Below are positions 1 through 10,160 of a stretch of DNA of 32,000 bases, one piece after another; position 1 is the stretch's first letter, and every line of letters starts with the position of its first letter. The notes under the pieces are model-generated. The model was not told where the DNA came from. It made no database searches and saw only the letters and a program-made list of their open reading frames with translations. Position numbers and translations under genes: made by a program. Source of the DNA: Dickeya solani IPO 2222 (GTDB taxonomy: Bacteria; Pseudomonadota; Gammaproteobacteria; Enterobacterales; Enterobacteriaceae); NCBI RefSeq assembly GCF_001644705.1, contig NZ_CP015137.1, forward strand, positions 2,130,001 through 2,162,000, in the 5' to 3' direction.

Positions 1-381
<381 letters not shown>

Positions 382-394
382 TTACGGGAGTATC

Positions 395-1126
395 ATGGAA
401 AACCTCAATCTGAACAAACATATTTCCGGTCAGTTTAATGCCGAGCTGGAAAGCATCCGCACCCAGGTGATGACCATGGGCGGGCTGGTGGAACAGCAAC
501 TGACCGACGCCATCACCGCGATGCACAACCAGGACGCGGAACTGGCTCAGCGGGTGATCGAAGGCGACGCCAAAGTAAACATGATGGAAGTGAGCATTGA
601 CGAGGCGTGCGTGCGCATCATCGCCAAACGCCAGCCTACCGCCAGCGACCTGCGTCTGGTGATGGCGATCATCAAGACCATTTCCGAACTGGAGCGTATC
701 GGTGATGTGGCGGACAAAATCTGCCGCACCGCGCTGGAGAAATTCTCCCATCAGCATCAGCCGCTGTTGGTGAGCCTGGAGTCAATGGGCAACCATACCG
801 TACAGATGCTGCACGATGTGCTGGACGCTTTCGCCCGTATGGATCTGGATGAAGCCAAGCGCATCTACATGGAAGACAAGAAGGTGGATAAAGAGTACGA
901 AGGCATTGTGCGTCAACTGATGACCCACATGATGGAAGACTCCCGTACCATCCCCAGCGTGCTGACCGCGCTGTTCTGCGCCCGTTCCATCGAACGTATC
1001 GGTGACCGTTGCCAGAACATCTGCGAGTTCATTTTCTACTTCGTCAAAGGCCAGGATTTCCGTCATCTGGGCGGCGACGCGCTGGAAAAAATGCTGGCGC
1101 AGAAAGACGCCGAAAAACCGGAATAA
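395..1126 (+). CDS. phoU: Phosphate signalling regulator PhoU
   Basis: ATG at 395 ([19 protein letters not shown]...) inside ORF 299..1126, with GGAG 4 nt upstream. It is 243 aa and matches the E. coli PhoU length and sequence pattern. The pstB-phoU synteny supports the call. Confidence 0.95.
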   Translation: MENLNLNKHISGQFNAELESIRTQVMTMGGLVEQQLTDAITAMHNQDAELAQRVIEGDAKVNMMEVSIDEACVRIIAKRQPTASDLRLVMAIIKTISELERIGDVADKICRTALEKFSHQHQPLLVSLESMGNHTVQMLHDVLDAFARMDLDEAKRIYMEDKKVDKEYEGIVRQLMTHMMEDSRTIPSVLTALFCARSIERIGDRCQNICEFIFYFVKGQDFRHLGGDALEKMLAQKDAEKPE

Positions 1127-1153
1127 GTCTGACTTATTGCCGACGTTGTGCTC

Positions 1154-1185
1154 AACGCCCCGCCTGTGCGGGGCGTTGTCATTTG
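1154..1185 (+). terminator. Stem-loop after phoU (candidate intrinsic terminator)
   Basis: AACGCCCCGC (1154-1163), loop CTGT, GCGGGGCGTT (1168-1177): a perfect 10-bp GC-rich stem followed by GTCATTTGT, which is a weak U tract. Confidence 0.6.
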
Positions 1186-1232
1186 TAACGCCGCATCGCC
1201 GCCCCGTCCCCCGTGGTTGCCGGCGACCGGAT

Positions 1233-1267
1233 ATAACATAAGTTCATATTATGGGTGTTTATGTTAT
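1233..1267. promoter_or_regulatory. Inverted repeat ATAACATAA-N17-TTATGTTAT upstream of the ABC operon (candidate operator)
   Basis: Perfect 9-bp arms at 1233-1241 and 1259-1267, flanked by CCGG on both sides, about 90 bp upstream of the binding-protein start. No regulator is assigned. Confidence 0.3.
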
Positions 1268-1352
1268 TTCCGGCGCGCCAGAGCCGCTGTTAGCCTGCAT
1301 TCATTGGATTAACAATCGTTTATGAACAGCGGCTTATAGGCGGATAAAAAAG

Positions 1353-2189
1353 ATGAAAAAATCTCTTTTGGCATTTTCCCTTCTGGCAGGATTGGTTTCT
1401 CTCGCAGGCAACGCGCAGGCCGACAAACTGGATGACATCCAGAAAGCCGGCGTGGTGAAAGTGGCGGTGTTCGACAGCAATCCGCCGTTTGGCTATGTCG
1501 ATCCGCAAAGCAAAAAACTGGTGGGCTACGATGTGGACGTAGCGGAGGCTATCGGCAAGGCGCTGGGCGTCAAAGTGGAGCTGCGCGCCACCAATCCGGC
1601 CAACCGTATTCCGTTGCTGGCCTCGAAGAAAGTGGATCTGATTGCGGCCAATTTCACCATTACCGATGAACGCGCCAAACAGGTCAATTTCAGCGTGCCC
1701 TATTTCGCCACCGGCCAGAAGTTCATCGCCCGCAAAGGCGTGCTGAAAACGCCGGATGACATCAAGAATTTGCGCATTGGCGCCGACAAGGGCACCGTGC
1801 AGGAAATCACCCTGCGTGAACATTATCCGACCGCCAAAGTGATTTCCTACGACGATACCCCGCTGGCGTTCACCGCGCTGCGTAACGGCAATGTGCAGGC
1901 CATCACCCAGGACGACGCCAAGCTGGTCGGGCTGCTGGGCAACCTGGCGGCGGCGCAGAAAGCCGACTTTGAAATTTCTCCGTTCAGCATCACCAAAGAG
2001 TATCAGGGCATCGGTATTCCGAAGGGCGAGGATCGCCTGACGCAGAAAGTGAATGACATCCTGCTGAACCTGGAAAAACAGGGCGACGTGGTGAAGATTT
2101 ACCACCACTGGTTCGGGCCGGAAACACCGTCTGCCCAGCCACGCGGCGATTTCAAAGTCGCGCCGCTGGATCAGCAACCCAAGGCCTGA
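1353..2189 (+). CDS. Periplasmic substrate-binding protein of a polar amino acid ABC transporter (family 3 SBP)
   Basis: 278 aa. Sec signal MKKSLLAFSLLAGLVSLAGNAQA/DK. The body (VAVFDSNPPFGYVD, VGYDVDVAEAIGKALG, DLIAANFTITDERAKQVNFSVPYF) is typical of HisJ/FliY-type binding proteins. Two HisMQ-type permease genes follow. Confidence 0.85.
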   Translation: MKKSLLAFSLLAGLVSLAGNAQADKLDDIQKAGVVKVAVFDSNPPFGYVDPQSKKLVGYDVDVAEAIGKALGVKVELRATNPANRIPLLASKKVDLIAANFTITDERAKQVNFSVPYFATGQKFIARKGVLKTPDDIKNLRIGADKGTVQEITLREHYPTAKVISYDDTPLAFTALRNGNVQAITQDDAKLVGLLGNLAAAQKADFEISPFSITKEYQGIGIPKGEDRLTQKVNDILLNLEKQGDVVKIYHHWFGPETPSAQPRGDFKVAPLDQQPKA

Positions 2190-2236
2190 GTGCACTGCTT
2201 ATAGCATTCTCCATCCGATAGTTGTTACCGTAGTTT

Positions 2237-2389
2237 CTTAGAGCCTATCCCATTAGGGCTATTTCACTTGCTATTTTGGCCCTGGGCAGTGCTCGAAATC
2301 CTCACGTACTACGTGTACGCTCCGGTTTCTGCGCGCTGTCCGAGTCCAAACTGGCTGCGCCAATAACGCCTACTGGGATAGGCTCTTAC
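2237..2389. repeat. 153-bp imperfect palindromic intergenic repeat (MITE/ERIC-like, family not identified)
   Basis: The terminal inverted repeats AGAGCCTATCCCATTAGG (2240-2257) and CCTACTGGGATAGGCTCT (2369-2386) are complementary at 17/18 positions. The inner arms TTTGGCCCTGGGCAGTGC and GCGCTGTCCGAGTCCAAA are partly complementary. No ORF. Confidence 0.7.
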
Positions 2390-2438
2390 TTGATGGTTGT
2401 GATTTGCTCCCGGACTCATCCCGGGGGCCTTCTTGTTT

Positions 2439-3185
2439 ATGATGACTGATGAATCTATCCGACAATGGCTGACCGACTGGCTGCTGGCGCCCCAGTATCT
2501 GCAGTGGCTGTGGCAAGGCTTTCAGGTCACGCTCGGTATCGCTGCCGCCACAGTGGTGTTGGCGACCGCGCTGGGTCTGGTGCTGGCGGCCGGCCGCGAC
2601 AGCCGTACGCCGCTGCTGCGCTGGCTGGTGATCGCGTATTGCTCGCTGTTTCGCAACACCCCGCTGTTGGTGCAGCTGTTCTTCTGGTACTTCGGCGCGG
2701 CGCAGTTGCTGCCCGCCGGGCTGATGCAGTGGCTCAACAACTCGCACGTGATCCCGCTGTTTGGGCTGAGCGGGCCGTCGTTTGAGTTTCTGGCCGGGCT
2801 GTTTGGCCTGACGCTCTATTCCGCCGCCTTTATCGCTGAAGAGATTCGCGCCGGCATCGCCGGCGTGGCGCACGGTCAGAAGTATGCCGCCTGTGCGCTG
2901 GGGCTGACCGGCTGGCAGGCGATGCGCTATGTGGTGTTGCCGCAGGCGCTGCGCATCGCGCTGCCACCGTTGCTTGGTCAGTACATGAATGTGATTAAAA
3001 ATTCATCGCTGGCGATGGCGATCGGCGTGGCGGAGCTGTCTTATGCTTCCCGGCAGGTGGAAACCGAAACGCTGCGCACGTTTCAGGCGTTCGGGGTGGC
3101 GACGGTATTTTATATTGCGGTGATCGCCCTGCTGGAAGGCTGGGGACAGTGGCGTCAGCACCGGCAACCGCTAAAGGGGCACTGA
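2439..3185 (+). CDS. Amino acid ABC transporter permease (HisMQ family)
   Basis: ORF 2433..3185. The first ATG is at 2439, while 2433 is TTG. It is a multi-pass hydrophobic protein with the EAA-type loop EEIRAGIAGVAHGQKYAACALGLTGWQAMRYVVLPQALRIALPPL. Confidence 0.88.
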   Translation: MMTDESIRQWLTDWLLAPQYLQWLWQGFQVTLGIAAATVVLATALGLVLAAGRDSRTPLLRWLVIAYCSLFRNTPLLVQLFFWYFGAAQLLPAGLMQWLNNSHVIPLFGLSGPSFEFLAGLFGLTLYSAAFIAEEIRAGIAGVAHGQKYAACALGLTGWQAMRYVVLPQALRIALPPLLGQYMNVIKNSSLAMAIGVAELSYASRQVETETLRTFQAFGVATVFYIAVIALLEGWGQWRQHRQPLKGH

Positions 3186-3186
3186 A

Positions 3187-3948
3187 ATGGATTTTTCGAT
3201 CATCCGCGACAATTTTAGCTACCTGATGTGGGGCACCTTTCCGGACGGCCCGTTGGGCGGCGCGGCGTTGACGCTGACGCTCAGTTTGATGGCTGGGATC
3301 GCATCGGCGGTGTTGGGCACGGGGCTGGGGGTTGCGCTGGCGATGTGTCGCGGCTGGGCTGGCGGACTGCTGGCGATGGCGCTGGGCTTTTTCCGCGCGA
3401 TTCCGGTGATCATGCTGATTTTCTGGACCTACTTCCTGCTACCGATACTATTTGGCGTCGATATCCCCGAAATCACCACCGTGGTGTGCGCGCTGGCGCT
3501 CATCGCTTCCGCCTATCTGGCGCACGGCGTGAAGGCCGGCATCGTGGCGATAGGCCGCGGTCAGTGGCAGGCGGGGATGTCGCTGGGGCTGGGGCGCTGG
3601 CAGACGTTGCGGTACATCGTGTTGCCGCAGGCGCTGCGCATGATGGTGCCGTCGTTCATCAACCAGTGGATCTCGCTGATTAAAGATACCTCGCTGGCTT
3701 ACATTGTCGGCGTTGGCGAACTGACTTTTCTGGCGACGCAGGTCAACAACCGCAGCATGGTCTATCCGACCGAAGTGTTCCTGTTTGTCGCGCTGGTCTA
3801 TTTTATCTTTTGCCTGTTGCTGGACCTGCTGGCGCAGGGCGTCAGCAGGCGTTTTCGCGCCGGACCGAAACCCGCCCGGCGCCGGCTATTCGTCGGCAGA
3901 CGTAAACCGGCCAGCACGACGGAATCGCTGTTGCACGACGCCGCCTGA
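3187..3948 (+). CDS. Amino acid ABC transporter permease (HisMQ family), second subunit
   Basis: The ATG lies 1 nt after the upstream stop. EAA-type loop VKAGIVAIGRGQWQAGMSLGLGRWQTLRYIVLPQALRMMVPSF. Unusually long basic C-terminal tail (RRFRAGPKPARRRLFVGRRKPASTTESLLHDAA). Confidence 0.85.
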   Translation: MDFSIIRDNFSYLMWGTFPDGPLGGAALTLTLSLMAGIASAVLGTGLGVALAMCRGWAGGLLAMALGFFRAIPVIMLIFWTYFLLPILFGVDIPEITTVVCALALIASAYLAHGVKAGIVAIGRGQWQAGMSLGLGRWQTLRYIVLPQALRMMVPSFINQWISLIKDTSLAYIVGVGELTFLATQVNNRSMVYPTEVFLFVALVYFIFCLLLDLLAQGVSRRFRAGPKPARRRLFVGRRKPASTTESLLHDAA

Positions 3949-3962
3949 ACCGTCAGGCGGCG
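3939..3962. terminator. Hairpin spanning both stop codons of the convergent genes (possible bidirectional terminator)
   Basis: CGCCGCCTGA (3939-3948), loop ACCG, TCAGGCGGCG (3953-3962): a 10-bp stem. The permease TGA (3946-3948) and the yieH stop (3953-3955, minus strand) both lie inside the arms. No U tract. Confidence 0.4.
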
Positions 3963-4621
3963 GTCAGCGCCCAGCCGCGGGCCTGCCACAGCGCCGGTAA
4001 CTGCGCCATGTCGTGAAACATCGTCACCAATGGGTGATGGATCGGGGCGTTATGTTCGTCGGCGCAGTAGTAGAACACCGGTATGCCGGCGGCAATGCCG
4101 GCCTGCGTGCCGGAAACCGAATCTTCCACCAGAATGCAGTTTTCCACCGTCACCCCCATCTGCTGCGCGGCGTAATGCAGCAACGCCGGGTCCGGTTTCC
4201 ATTTGCCGATGTCGTAGCCGCTGTACAGATGCTCGCCAAAGAACGGCAGCAGGCCGGTCAGCCCCAGCGAATGCTGCATTTTGCTGACCGGACCGTTGGA
4301 CACCACCGCGGTGGGCGTTTGCAGCGCCGTCAGTACCTCCCGTACTCCCGCTATCGGCTGTAACGAGAGGTCGAACAGTCGCGCCACTTCCTGACGGAAA
4401 TGGCGTTCCATCTGCTCCATTGACACCGTCAGGCCGAAACGCTCGCTGATGCGTTCGATGATGTCGTAGAGCTTCATGCCTTTGAAGGTCTTGATGACCT
4501 CCTCCAGCGACAACTGCACGCCGTAAGGAATAAAGATATTGATGTAGGCCTGGCAGCAAATAACTTCGCTGTCCACCAGCGTACCGTCGCAGTCGAAAAA
4601 TACGCATTCAATCCGGGACAT
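3953..4621 (-). CDS. yieH: HAD-superfamily phosphatase, YieH-like (6-phosphogluconate phosphatase family)
   Basis: 222 aa. MSRIECVFFDCDGTLVDSEVIC... contains the HAD motif I DxDGT and closely parallels the remembered E. coli YieH from N-terminus to C-terminus (...LPALWQARGW). It is adjacent and divergent to adeP, as in E. coli. Confidence 0.85.
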   Translation of the reverse strand: MSRIECVFFDCDGTLVDSEVICCQAYINIFIPYGVQLSLEEVIKTFKGMKLYDIIERISERFGLTVSMEQMERHFRQEVARLFDLSLQPIAGVREVLTALQTPTAVVSNGPVSKMQHSLGLTGLLPFFGEHLYSGYDIGKWKPDPALLHYAAQQMGVTVENCILVEDSVSGTQAGIAAGIPVFYYCADEHNAPIHHPLVTMFHDMAQLPALWQARGWALTAA

Positions 4622-4722
4622 GGCATTCCTTGTTGAAGGGCGAAAATCCCCACTTTACCTGACTGACAGGATAATGCGATGTTTGTGGAAATAAGGGGCC
4701 TGCCGACCCTTATTTCTGTAGC

Positions 4723-4738
4723 GGACAAACGTTTTCCC
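4723..4738. promoter_or_regulatory. PurR-box-like site in the yieH/adeP divergent region
   Basis: The core CAAACGTTTTC (4726-4736) is identical to the core of the purF PUR box as I remember it (ACGCAAACGTTTTCTT). The flanks match poorly, about 11/16 overall. Confidence 0.3.
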
Positions 4739-4893
4739 GTCAGGAAGTGAGGCGAAACCGCGGCGAACAGGCTGGAGATATAGAAAATTGTTATCGTTGG
4801 GAAAAAAAAGCCCGCCGGCGCGTTAACTGCTTCGCATTTTGGTATAGGATACCGGGCGATTATCTTTCCTTTCTTCTCTTTGGGTCATTTATC

Positions 4894-6231
4894 ATGGATA
4901 AATCTCAGTCTGGTTCCGCTGCTGAGCAGGGGCTGCTGGATCGCGTGTTCAAACTGAAGCAGCACGGCACCACCGCTCGTACCGAAACCATTGCCGGGTT
5001 CACCACCTTCCTGACGATGGTGTATATCGTTTTCGTCAACCCGCAGATTCTGGGTGCCGCCGGGATGGACACCAAAGCGGTGTTTGTCACCACCTGTATA
5101 ATTGCTGCTTTTGGTAGTATTTTCATGGGGTTGCTGGCTAATCTGCCGGTGGCGCTGGCACCGGCGATGGGTCTGAACGCCTTTTTCGCCTTTGTGGTGG
5201 TCGGCACCATGGGGTTGCCGTGGCAGGTGGCGATGGGCGCTATCTTCTGGGGCTCGATCGGTTTCCTGCTGTTGACGATATTCCAGGTTCGCTACTGGAT
5301 GATCGCTAATATCCCGCTCAGTCTGCGGTTAGGCATCGCCAGCGGTATCGGGCTGTTTATTGCCATGATTGGGCTGAAAAACGCCGGGATTATCGTACCG
5401 AATCCGGAAACGCTGGTGTCGGTCGGCAAGTTGACCTCACATAGCGTGCTGCTGGGTGCGCTGGGCTTTTTCATTATCGTGGTGCTGGCGTCCCGCAATA
5501 TCCATGCGGCGGTGCTGATTTCCATCGCGGTAACCACCTTGCTGGGCGCCCTGCTGGGGGATGTGAAATTCGCTGGCGTGTTCTCCATGCCGCCGAGCGT
5601 CAGTAATGTGGTCGGTCAGGTGGACCTGGCCGGGTCGCTGAATTTGGGCCTGTCCGGGGTGATTTTCTCCTTCATGCTGGTGAACCTGTTTGACTCCTCC
5701 GGCACCCTGATTGGCGTGACCGACAAGGCTGGTCTGGTGGATGCTCGCGGCAAATTCCCGCAGATGAAGCAGGCGCTGTATGTGGATAGCATCAGCTCGG
5801 TGGCTGGTTCGCTCATCGGCACCTCATCCGTGACCGCGTATATCGAAAGTTCTTCCGGCGTTGCCATCGGCGGTCGTACCGGCCTGACGGCGGTGGTGGT
5901 GGGGATTCTGTTCCTGCTAGTGATGTTCCTGTCTCCGTTGGCGGGAATGGTGCCGGCTTATGCGGCGGCGGGCGCGTTGATTTATGTCGGTGTGTTGATG
6001 ACCGCCAGCCTGGCGCGCGTTAACTGGGATGACCTGACCGAATCCGTACCGGCGTTCGTGACCGCCGTAATGATGCCGTTCACCTTCTCAATTACCGAAG
6101 GCATCGCGTTGGGCTTCATTTCTTACGCGGTAATGAAAGCGGCGACCGGCCGCTGGCGCGACATCAGCCCGTGCGTGATTGCGGTGGCGGTGTTGTTCCT
6201 GCTGAAAATCGTGTTTATCGACGCCCATTAA
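4894..6231 (+). CDS. adeP: Adenine permease (NCS2/AzgA family)
   Basis: ATG at 4894 (MDKSQSGSAAEQGLLDRVFKLKQHGTTARTETIAGFTTFLTMVYIVFVNPQILG...), 445 aa. It is collinear with E. coli AdeP/YieG through to ...LLKIVFIDAH. The track ORF start at 4747 is an unsupported N-terminal extension. Confidence 0.92.
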   Translation: MDKSQSGSAAEQGLLDRVFKLKQHGTTARTETIAGFTTFLTMVYIVFVNPQILGAAGMDTKAVFVTTCIIAAFGSIFMGLLANLPVALAPAMGLNAFFAFVVVGTMGLPWQVAMGAIFWGSIGFLLLTIFQVRYWMIANIPLSLRLGIASGIGLFIAMIGLKNAGIIVPNPETLVSVGKLTSHSVLLGALGFFIIVVLASRNIHAAVLISIAVTTLLGALLGDVKFAGVFSMPPSVSNVVGQVDLAGSLNLGLSGVIFSFMLVNLFDSSGTLIGVTDKAGLVDARGKFPQMKQALYVDSISSVAGSLIGTSSVTAYIESSSGVAIGGRTGLTAVVVGILFLLVMFLSPLAGMVPAYAAAGALIYVGVLMTASLARVNWDDLTESVPAFVTAVMMPFTFSITEGIALGFISYAVMKAATGRWRDISPCVIAVAVLFLLKIVFIDAH

Positions 6232-6237
6232 TTGCTC

Positions 6238-6261
6238 GCGAGCCGGGGTTACCCGGCTCGC
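6238..6261. terminator. Stem-loop between the convergent adeP and yieE-like genes
   Basis: GCGAGCCGGG (6238-6247), loop GTTA, CCCGGCTCGC (6252-6261): a perfect 10-bp stem. A T-run (CCTTTTTTC) lies about 15 nt downstream on the plus strand. Confidence 0.6.
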
Positions 6262-6294
6262 TACCGCTGACTTCCTTTTTTCACGTTCCTGTCG

Positions 6295-7041
6295 CTACAT
6301 CGCCAACAGCGGTGAGGCGTTTTCCGTCGCATGGCTGCTCAGTTTGATATAGCGCCGCGACTGACGCTGCTGCTGGACGATTTCGCCGGATTTCCGCATG
6401 CCGTAGGCCGAGGTGTAGTTCCACATCACCAGCCGGTCGAGGCGAGGCGTATGGGCGCAGGCCCAGGCCAGATAATCATCAATGTCGCTGATCACTTCCA
6501 CATCTGGAATATGCCGCGACCGCAGGCGGCCGGAGGCCGGATGCAGCTTCAGTGATTCCGGACCGCCGGCGTTGAAACCGGGAATTTTCAGTACCGACTG
6601 ACGAATAGTGCATAACTGGGTGGCGGCTTCCAGCGGGTCAAGCTGGGCGTCGATCCAGGCTTTTTCCGCGTGGGTCTGCGTTTGCAGGTGCGGCGGCGTT
6701 TCACGATTCCAGACGCGGACAATTTCCACGTCCATGCCCACTTTTCCTTCTTCGCTAAGCAGGATTGCGATGGTGTTTCCTGCGTAGCCGAGACTGAAAT
6801 CAGGCAGATGCGGATCAACGAAACAGGGTCTGCCATTCGGCGAGACCATTAGTGGCGGAAGAACCGGATAACCGAAAAAATAAAACATCATCTCTGCCAG
6901 CAGCGCGCGGCTTTTCAGATAGCGCTCGCGGCGCTTCACTGAAAAACTGTGCGTGGATGAAATCAGATCATCCGATAACCGCTGCAGATCGGGTAACGCT
7001 TCCGTGCTTGCCCACCTGACGAAATGACAGGTCATATTCAC
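6295..7041 (-). CDS. yieE: 4'-phosphopantetheinyl transferase superfamily protein, YieE-like
   Basis: 248 aa. It has the GxDxE motif (KVGMDVEIV) and a correctly spaced but degenerate W..KE..K motif (CTIRQSVLK). It occupies the position next to adeP that yieE holds in E. coli; chrR/yieF is absent here. Confidence 0.6.
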   Translation of the reverse strand: MNMTCHFVRWASTEALPDLQRLSDDLISSTHSFSVKRRERYLKSRALLAEMMFYFFGYPVLPPLMVSPNGRPCFVDPHLPDFSLGYAGNTIAILLSEEGKVGMDVEIVRVWNRETPPHLQTQTHAEKAWIDAQLDPLEAATQLCTIRQSVLKIPGFNAGGPESLKLHPASGRLRSRHIPDVEVISDIDDYLAWACAHTPRLDRLVMWNYTSAYGMRKSGEIVQQQRQSRRYIKLSSHATENASPLLAM

Positions 7042-7352
7042 TCCATGATGCCAACGAAAAAAACCTGATGATTTTTAGTAGAATGACTGCTCTGTGAAGT
7101 TGATTTCCGACGCAAATGGTCAGACAAATATCTGTGCCAAAGAGAAACTGGCGGATAAATCGGCGATAATTATCCCTGCCCGAGCAGAATACGTCAAAGA
7201 GCACATTTTATTAAAACTGATTTTATTTTATTTGAAACAAAAGTCGGGCTTACATCACACCATATCAACAGGACATCATGTCAACAGGGCGCGGCGACAC
7301 GGCTCGCGCCGCTTGCCCGTGAACGCGTCCTGGCATCACGGGCAAAAAGGCA

Positions 7353-9958
<2,606 letters not shown>

Positions 9959-10123
9959 TTAAGTAAGTGTGTGCTCACTTAATCAATTCGGGATGTCTGT
10001 TGCGATTACAGGCTGCGTTGCGCCGGCACTGCCTGTCGGGCAGGCGAAAGGTGACGAAACCAGCCTGAGCGGGTCACTCAGAAAGTGATTCTGGAAGGGG
10101 CTTGGTACCTGTCTCGTCAGGAG

Positions 10124-10160
10124 AAAAAATAACGATCCCCTCAGTTATTGGGGGTTATCC
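10124..10160 (-). terminator. Candidate intrinsic terminator on the minus strand, about 240 nt upstream of the aegA-like start
   Basis: Minus-strand RNA GGAUAACCCCCAAUAACUGAGGGGAUCGUUAUUUUUU. The helices are AUAAC/GUUAU and CCCC/GGGG, with a 3-nt bulge and a 10-nt loop, followed by U6 (plus-strand A-run 10124-10129). No energy was computed. Confidence 0.45.

Noticed and set aside
4747-4893. Long N-terminal extensions proposed by the ORF track: adeP from 4747, arnB from 11169, arnC from 12314, arnT from 16259, arnF from 18060, dnaA from 30290, the HxlR gene from 20054, and the aegA-like gene from 9910.
   Set aside because: Homolog N-termini align to internal start codons that have RBS-like sequences or stop/start overlaps. 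The extensions run through intergenic DNA, the ERIC repeat or the upstream gene.
7313-7345. A 10-bp hairpin, TTGCCCGTGA...TCACGGGCAA, downstream of the ferredoxin gene, considered as a terminator.
   Set aside because: It has a 13-nt loop and no U tract on the minus strand. It may be a stabilising 3' structure or a REP-like element, but the evidence is insufficient to call it a terminator.
10107-10122. CUGACGAG on the minus strand, which resembles the hammerhead ribozyme CUGAUGA core.
   Set aside because: No flanking stem II, GAAA element or cleavage-site helix could be drawn. It is most likely a chance match.
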